Below, in pieces: positions 58,229-64,000 of a stretch of DNA of 64,000 nucleotides. Source of the stretch: Spirochaetia bacterium. Its GTDB lineage: Bacteria; Spirochaetota; Spirochaetia; UBA9216. The DNA lies in the NCBI GenBank assembly GCA_965140585.1, contig OZ223265.1, positions 224,001-288,000 on the forward strand. The letters run 5' to 3'. A model generated the notes under the pieces. The model had not been told where the DNA came from, did no database searches, and saw only the letters and a list, made by a program, of their open reading frames with translations. The position numbers and the translations under genes were made by a program. Positions within the stretch are counted from its first letter, which is position 1; every line of letters starts with the position of its first letter.

Positions 58229-59170
58229 TTACCCCTGATAATGAACACGTCTGGAAAATTTACTGAACTGTAAGTAAGTAACTATACCAACCATCAAAAT
58301 CAGGATTACCCCTTCCGCAGCAGCAAACCCCATATTACTGCTTCCACCGAAACCATCCTGAAAAACCTTGTACATCACCGTTGTTGTGATACCGGTATTG
58401 TCAAGCGGACCGGGAGGACCTACAGGTCCACCTGTTGTCAGGATATCTATAAGGCCGAAGGTTTCAAAGAAACTGTAGCTTAAATTGGTAAAGACAAGAA
58501 AGAATGTTGTCGGGCTGAGCAAAGGCAGGAGCACAGAGAAAAAACTTCTGAAGTGTCCGGCACCGTCTATTTCGGCTGCTTCAAGCGGTTCCTTTGGAAT
58601 ATTCTGTAGCGCGGCTAGATAAAAAACAATATTGTATCCCAGATTCTTCCAGACAGCCGCAAAGACGACAAGACTCACTGCGAGAACAGGTGAATCCAGC
58701 CACCTTGGTTTTATTGAAAAAAGGTAGTCCAAAATTGTATTCATAATTCCAACTTCAGGGTTGAAGATAAAAAGAAATATTGTTCCCGCCACCGCCGGCG
58801 AAAGAGCGAAGGGCCATATGAGTAAAAGCCTGTACACGCCGGCTGCCCGGATATTTTTATTAGACTGCACAGCAAGAAAAACAGAAACCGCAAGTCCGGA
58901 AATTACTATCAAGAGACTTATAGCAAGGGTCTGAAAAAGGCTTTGAATAAAAGCCGGAGCAAGTGGTCCGGTAAAAAGATTTTTAAAATTTTCAAATCCT
59001 ATAAACTTTCTCGTTCCCAGAAAAAGATTGTTCCTGAAAAAACTCAAAACTATAGAATGCCATGCGGGAAAATAGAGAAATATTATAAGTATCAAAATAG
59101 TCGGAAGCAGAAAAAACGATACAAATACCGGCCCCTTAAATACTGCGTTCTCATTATCTATTTCTGTCAT
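58229..59170 (-). CDS. Carbohydrate ABC permease (UgpA/MalF-like)
   Basis: LIWPFALSPAVAG, EAAEIDGAG and PLLSPTTFFL motifs. Confidence 0.9.
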   Translation of the reverse strand: MTEIDNENAVFKGPVFVSFFLLPTILILIIFLYFPAWHSIVLSFFRNNLFLGTRKFIGFENFKNLFTGPLAPAFIQSLFQTLAISLLIVISGLAVSVFLAVQSNKNIRAAGVYRLLLIWPFALSPAVAGTIFLFIFNPEVGIMNTILDYLFSIKPRWLDSPVLAVSLVVFAAVWKNLGYNIVFYLAALQNIPKEPLEAAEIDGAGHFRSFFSVLLPLLSPTTFFLVFTNLSYSFFETFGLIDILTTGGPVGPPGPLDNTGITTTVMYKVFQDGFGGSSNMGFAAAEGVILILMVGIVTYLQFSKFSRRVHYQG

Positions 59171-59190
59171 AATTATATCCTTAAATTCAA

Positions 59191-59226
59191 ACTGACCGGT
59201 CTCTATGAAACCGGTCAGTAAAAAAG
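59191..59226. terminator. Stem-loop between the binding-protein and permease genes
   Basis: ACTGACCGGT...ACCGGTCAGT inverted repeat. Confidence 0.6.
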
Positions 59227-59240
59227 AATCGGTTTATAGA

Positions 59241-60587
59241 TTAAAAGTTTGAGTTGTACTCAGTAAGCTTCGCGTTTGAAAGCTCTGTTGCTTCATCAAG
59301 CGCTTCCTTTACACTACTGCCCTGAATAATTTTCTGAAGAGCAGTCTCAATTATGGTCCTGTTATCAAGAAGAGTGCCTGCAAGAGCACCCGCTGTAGCT
59401 TTATTTGTTTTTGTCTGTAACAGTTGGTTAAATGCCACAATCTGGTTGGCATCACTATCAAACCAGCCTTCAGCCTTGAGAGCATCAATAGATGAAGTTC
59501 TTACTGGATAGTATCCTGTAAGTTTGTGCCAGCTGACCATATTCTTTGTATTGGTCATAAAAAGCACGAAGTCCCTTGAAGCCGTAAGCTCATCCTCAGG
59601 ATGATTTTTTGCAATCCAGACACTTGCCCCGCCGATTACAGTTCCATTTCTCTCTGCTCCGTCAGGAATTGGAATAAAGCCTACGCCAAGGTTGAACTTG
59701 CCTTTTACTGCTGCAGAAATGTTTCCAAGATCTGCGGTTGAGGTAACATGGAGCATGGCTTTTCCTTCTTGGAATATTGCATCACTTCCGCCCCAGTCTT
59801 CAAACTTTCCGGTGTAGGTGTATAACCCCTTCTTTGACAGCGCAGCCATGAATTCACCTATCTTCATAGCAGCAGGGCTGTTAAGGTTTGTACTGGTTGA
59901 TCTATTATCACGTCCGTTTCCGTTGTTGAACATCTCGGCACCCTGTTCAGCCATCCACTGTTCAAAATACCAGCCATGAAGACACATTGAATATTTGGCA
60001 CCTTCAACACCTTTTTTCTCAGCTGCCTCAAGGACTTTGATTACATCGCTGAAAGTAGCAGGAACATAGTCTGCGTCAAAGCCGGCCTGAACCATCTTAT
60101 CCTTGTTGATATAGAGAACCGGCGAAGAACTGTTGAACGGAATTGAATTTACCTTTCCGTTTATTGAGTAGTAGTTAAGTACCGGGCTGATGTAGTCTTT
60201 TGTGTCAAATGTTCCGATATCGCCTACCGGCATGAATATGCCTGAATCGAAAGCAAGCTGGCTGCCTACTTCAAAAACCTGTACTATATGAGGTGCAAAA
60301 CCCTGCTTGTCAGCAAGCACTGCTGCCTGAAGAGTATCCCTGTAGCTGCCCTTTGCTTCGACAACTACCTTGAATTTATTCTGTGAGGAGTTGAATTCAT
60401 CTGCACGATCCTGGATCCAGCCGGATCTTGCAGCATCACTGAATGCGTGCCAAAAATAAATTTCCTTCACTGCTTCAGCCTTAGTCTCTGATTTGGGTTC
60501 TGTGCTTTTTACTTCCTGGCTTCCTCCGGCAAACAGGGATAAAGCAAAACAGCAAAGCAATATTAAAGTGGCGAGAATCTTTTTCAT
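59241..60587 (-). CDS. ABC substrate-binding protein, UgpB (glycerol-3-phosphate)-like
   Basis: Signal peptide ending FAGGSQE; FWHA, QVFEVG, PFNSSSPVLY, IGGASVW and WHKLTGY motifs. Confidence 0.88.
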   Translation of the reverse strand: MKKILATLILLCCFALSLFAGGSQEVKSTEPKSETKAEAVKEIYFWHAFSDAARSGWIQDRADEFNSSQNKFKVVVEAKGSYRDTLQAAVLADKQGFAPHIVQVFEVGSQLAFDSGIFMPVGDIGTFDTKDYISPVLNYYSINGKVNSIPFNSSSPVLYINKDKMVQAGFDADYVPATFSDVIKVLEAAEKKGVEGAKYSMCLHGWYFEQWMAEQGAEMFNNGNGRDNRSTSTNLNSPAAMKIGEFMAALSKKGLYTYTGKFEDWGGSDAIFQEGKAMLHVTSTADLGNISAAVKGKFNLGVGFIPIPDGAERNGTVIGGASVWIAKNHPEDELTASRDFVLFMTNTKNMVSWHKLTGYYPVRTSSIDALKAEGWFDSDANQIVAFNQLLQTKTNKATAGALAGTLLDNRTIIETALQKIIQGSSVKEALDEATELSNAKLTEYNSNF

Positions 60588-60879
60588 ATTTATCTCCTTA
60601 TGGACTTTTATAATTGCATGATTCATGTTTTTGATTATTTTCGTATCACAGGGAGATTAGTTTTCGATTAATTTTACATCTGCTGATTATTTAACGCTAT
60701 ATTCCGTACAAAAAGGAGAATGAGATCTACAGACGGCATCTCCACCTACAGAAAAAGCGACTACATTTCAAAAAAAACGAATAGTTCAGGCTTACTATGA
60801 TTAAAGCCCTGCTTCTGGAAATGAAGCGGGAAAACCATCTCTCGGGCTGAGGTGGCAATCAGTTTTTCAAATATTCTGT

Positions 60880-62673
60880 TCAGTTCTTCCATGGATTGAA
60901 AATATATCCCCTTGTCTGAAGATGATCTTTTATTGCCAGAGCCGCCTTTTCAGGCTCGCCGGCCCCGACCTGCAGACTGTATTCTATATCGGTATTAGGC
61001 TCTGCCACCTGCACTATTTCAATACTGCTGCTGTTAAAAACAAGCCTGAGCTCTTCAAGATCCTTCTGCGAAAGATCAACGGCGGTAAGTACAAGGATAA
61101 GTCCCGCGCTTATCATCAGGTACGCAACCTCACCGATAAGCCGTCCCGGCTGGTACAGCTCTGCTGCATCCGAGTTTTTTATATCCGATCCTATTCCATA
61201 AAGCAGACCGCCTATACCGACAAAGTAAACAAAGTGACCGTCATCAAACAGAAGCTGCTCAAGGTTACGTGCAACAACCTTCTTTCCGCAGTCTTTTCTT
61301 CCTGTAATTATAATCAAAGAAGGACGCTGTTTGTATTTTTCAGATCTGCGTTCAGGAGGAATCCTGCTCCTGGTCCATTTCTCGGTACGTTCCCAGACAT
61401 GCTCACGCATATGCGCCTGTGAATCATCAAGCGCTTCACGGATGATTCCTCCGCCGGCTATTTCATATTCATCCACAATTACAAAGCGGCTTGTCGAGGG
61501 CATGCTGTCCACGGTATCAAAGGCGGCGGCACGGTTGAGCTTCAGCACACATTCGGCAACATCATGCCTGTTCACCTGAGCGGGACTTCCGGAAGAACCG
61601 AGGGTTGAGGCATCGATAAGCTTCTCGATCGATTCAAGCCTTACAGGGATTGCAGAAGTACCGAGTTTGAACCGGTATTCGCGGCCCGACACCATCGGGT
61701 TCTGTCCCAGCCAGAACAGACTGACGCGGATACGGCTTGATACTTCAGGCTCCCTCTCCCCCGCAATAACGGCAAGTTCACCCCTTTTGATATAGATCTG
61801 TTCCCTGAGGGTGAAGCCTGCGTGCCTGCCGGCTGAAAGCTTTCTCCTGGGTTTTGTATTAAAGGTTTCGATGGAATTGATTTTCGAACGTTTGCCGGAG
61901 GGATAGAATACCAGCGTGTCGCCTGTTTTTACCCTGCCTGCCGATATTTCTCCGGAAACGATTCTCCTGCTGTCGCCGTTTTTGGTAAATTTGTAGACAT
62001 CCTGAACCGGCATACGGAACGGAAGACTGCCCACAGGAGCTTCCTTATCAAAGGCATCAACACCTTCAAGAACTGTCCTTCCTTCGTACCATCCCATTTT
62101 CGGACTTAGTGAAGCGATATTGTCTCCGTCAATGGCGCTGATCGGGATAAAGCAGTCGGGTTTAACAAAAATGCTGTTCAGAAAGCTGCTGTATTCATCC
62201 CGTATTGAATTGAAGACTTCTTCGCTGTATCCGGCCAGATCCATCTTGTTGACCAGAACTATCATCTGCTTGACACCGAGCATGGAAAGCATATAACCGT
62301 GTCTGCGTGAGTTCTCCTGGACTCCCTCATCGGCATCAATCACCAGAAATGCAGCCTCGGCACGGGAGGCTCCCGTAACCATGTTTTTCAGAAACTCAAT
62401 ATGACCCGGAGCGTCTATGATTATATAATTGCGTTTATTTGTTTTGAAGAACACCCGGGCAGAATCTATGGTTATGCCCTGTGCCTGCTCATCCTTCAGT
62501 GCATCGATAAGAAAGGCATACTCGAACGGTCTTGATTTTTTTTCACAGGCCGCCCTGACCTGCTCAAGCTTTCCCTCAGGCAGCGAACCAGTGTCGGCAA
62601 GAAGCCTTCCAACCACAGTGCTTTTTCCGTGATCGACATGGCCGGTAAAAACTATGTTCATCTGCTGCATCAC
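60880..62673 (-). CDS. cysN: Sulfate adenylyltransferase subunit 1 with a degenerate C-terminal APS-kinase-like domain
   Basis: [20 protein letters not shown] and NKMD; C-terminal [10 protein letters not shown]. Confidence 0.9.
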   Translation of the reverse strand: MMQQMNIVFTGHVDHGKSTVVGRLLADTGSLPEGKLEQVRAACEKKSRPFEYAFLIDALKDEQAQGITIDSARVFFKTNKRNYIIIDAPGHIEFLKNMVTGASRAEAAFLVIDADEGVQENSRRHGYMLSMLGVKQMIVLVNKMDLAGYSEEVFNSIRDEYSSFLNSIFVKPDCFIPISAIDGDNIASLSPKMGWYEGRTVLEGVDAFDKEAPVGSLPFRMPVQDVYKFTKNGDSRRIVSGEISAGRVKTGDTLVFYPSGKRSKINSIETFNTKPRRKLSAGRHAGFTLREQIYIKRGELAVIAGEREPEVSSRIRVSLFWLGQNPMVSGREYRFKLGTSAIPVRLESIEKLIDASTLGSSGSPAQVNRHDVAECVLKLNRAAAFDTVDSMPSTSRFVIVDEYEIAGGGIIREALDDSQAHMREHVWERTEKWTRSRIPPERRSEKYKQRPSLIIITGRKDCGKKVVARNLEQLLFDDGHFVYFVGIGGLLYGIGSDIKNSDAAELYQPGRLIGEVAYLMISAGLILVLTAVDLSQKDLEELRLVFNSSSIEIVQVAEPNTDIEYSLQVGAGEPEKAALAIKDHLQTRGYIFNPWKN

Positions 62674-63551
62674 ATGTACCCGCCCTTTCTCAGGGTTTCA
62701 AGCCCTCCGCCGTCGGCCTTGTCCTGTGCACGGCCCGATCGTTCAGCCACGTTTTTCAGCCTGCCGGATTTCAGTTCAGCTATTATTTCATCAACATTGC
62801 GCGATTCAGAATCTATCGGGGTGGTACAGGGATAACAGCCCAGAGATCTGTATCTTTTTCCGTCACCCTGGTTGTAGTAGAGTGATACCGTTGGAATATT
62901 TTCCTTTTTTATATATTCCCAGATGTTAAGCTCGGTCCAATCCAGAAGCGGATGGATCCGCAGATGCGTGCCCGGGGCAAAATCTGTCTTGTACTGGTTC
63001 CAAAATTCCGGGGGCTGGTCACCTATGTCCCACTGATTTTCAACATCGCGCGGAGAGAAATACCGCTCCTTCGACCGGCTCCCTTCCTCATCGGAGCGGG
63101 CTCCGACAATTACACCAGTGTAGGGCTCGCGGTCTGTATCAACATCATACTGAACGGTCGTAAGATTCAGCCGGTAGCGCCTGCCGCGCCCGCTGAGGGT
63201 ATCACGGAGGGGTTCTGTCTTCAGATTTTTACAGCAGCCGAGCCTGTCGGTATTGCCGTCCGGATATGTGTGCTTACTCCTGACGGCGTCCTCATTCTGT
63301 CCGTAGATCATAGTCAGCTTCCACTCCATCGCAAGCCGGTCACGGTATTCAATCATTTCCGGTATCTTGTATGAGGTATCAATATGCACCAGAGGAAACG
63401 GCACATGGCCGAAAAAGGCCTTTCTGGCAAGCCAGAGCAGCACAGTGCTGTCCTTGCCTATAGACCACAGCATGCAGAGATTTTTAAAGCTGGCATATGC
63501 CTCACGCATTATATAAACGCTGCGACTCTCAAGATGCTCAAGCTGGTTCAT
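62670..63551 (-). CDS. cysD: Sulfate adenylyltransferase subunit 2
   Basis: SIGKDS, RSKER, QPPEFW, RSLGC and ERSGR motifs. Confidence 0.95.
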   Translation of the reverse strand: MNQLEHLESRSVYIMREAYASFKNLCMLWSIGKDSTVLLWLARKAFFGHVPFPLVHIDTSYKIPEMIEYRDRLAMEWKLTMIYGQNEDAVRSKHTYPDGNTDRLGCCKNLKTEPLRDTLSGRGRRYRLNLTTVQYDVDTDREPYTGVIVGARSDEEGSRSKERYFSPRDVENQWDIGDQPPEFWNQYKTDFAPGTHLRIHPLLDWTELNIWEYIKKENIPTVSLYYNQGDGKRYRSLGCYPCTTPIDSESRNVDEIIAELKSGRLKNVAERSGRAQDKADGGGLETLRKGGYM

Positions 63552-64000
63552 TAATAATTTTCCTTTCTTTAAGAAGACTGATTATGGAAGAGGTACATTC
63601 ATCAATACTGCTTTTTGAGGTATCAAGTACAAGTTCTGGGGCGGTGGGGGCCTCATATGGAGAACTCATCCCAGTAAACTCAGATATTTCACCCTTCCTG
63701 GCCCGGGCATACAAGCCTTTTACGTCCCTGCTCTCACATTCTTCAATAGGGCAGCTTAAATATATTTCGATGAATTCGTTTGAACCGAGTTTTGCTCTTA
63801 TGCTGTCACGGTCTTTACGGAAGGGGCTAATAAATGCGGCAATTGTAACAAGTCCGGCATCAGCAAAGAGTTTTCCAACCTCGCCAACCCTTCTAATATT
63901 TTCAGCCCTGTCGGCGTCTGAAAAACCAAGGTCCGAGTTCAGACCGTTTCTGATATTATCACCGTCGAGGATATAGGCGTAAACGCCCATACCGAAAAGC
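63538..64000 (-). CDS. cysC: Adenylyl-sulfate kinase (5' end outside the window)
   Basis: LDGDNIR, DLGFS, ENIRR, ISP and RDVKGLY motifs. Confidence 0.93.
   Translation of the reverse strand, partial: LFGMGVYAYILDGDNIRNGLNSDLGFSDADRAENIRRVGEVGKLFADAGLVTIAAFISPFRKDRDSIRAKLGSNEFIEIYLSCPIEECESRDVKGLYARARKGEISEFTGMSSPYEAPTAPELVLDTSKSSIDECTSSIISLLKERKIINEPA

Noticed and set aside
401-63976. Numerous short antisense or nested ORFs in the six-frame track
   Set aside because: They overlap well-supported genes and show no motifs or RBS.

Overview
A 64-kb chromosomal window from a moderately AT-rich anaerobic bacterium, most likely a free-living spirochaete (inferred from the 'FAAGQQ/FAGGSQE' binding-protein N-termini and the lipoprotein style). 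From left to right it holds: (1) a small XRE/membrane-protein pair and a CpdB-type nucleotidase; (2) a ~17-kb carbohydrate catabolism region of unknown substrate. One part is a sigma54-driven operon (ABC transporter, two FGGY kinases of which one has a degenerate active-site motif, an unknown protein, an aldo-keto reductase, ribokinase) with a divergent DeoC-like gene. The other part is a DeoR-associated divergent cluster (eda, UlaG-like hydrolase, shikimate-DH-like protein, cupin PGI, 2-hydroxyacid dehydrogenase); (3) mixed housekeeping/stress genes, including two Hsp20 genes behind a sigma54 promoter, radC and an internalin-like LRR lipoprotein; (4) a maoC-bcd-etfB-etfA(ferredoxin-fused) operon; (5) a module of corrinoid protein, GntR, flavinylated extracytoplasmic reductase and a methyltransferase pseudogene; (6) a complete Mrp-Mbx/MBS-like membrane complex with fused antiporter subunits, a NuoI-GltD fusion and atypical Cys motifs in its NuoB- and NuoD-like subunits; (7) a decayed IS3/IS481-like element joining a decapitated pstA to a truncated lipoprotein gene; (8) a Ugp-like ABC transporter and cysC-cysD-cysN(C). 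No rRNA, tRNA or CRISPR array was seen. All calls come from reading motifs by eye; no database searches were run.
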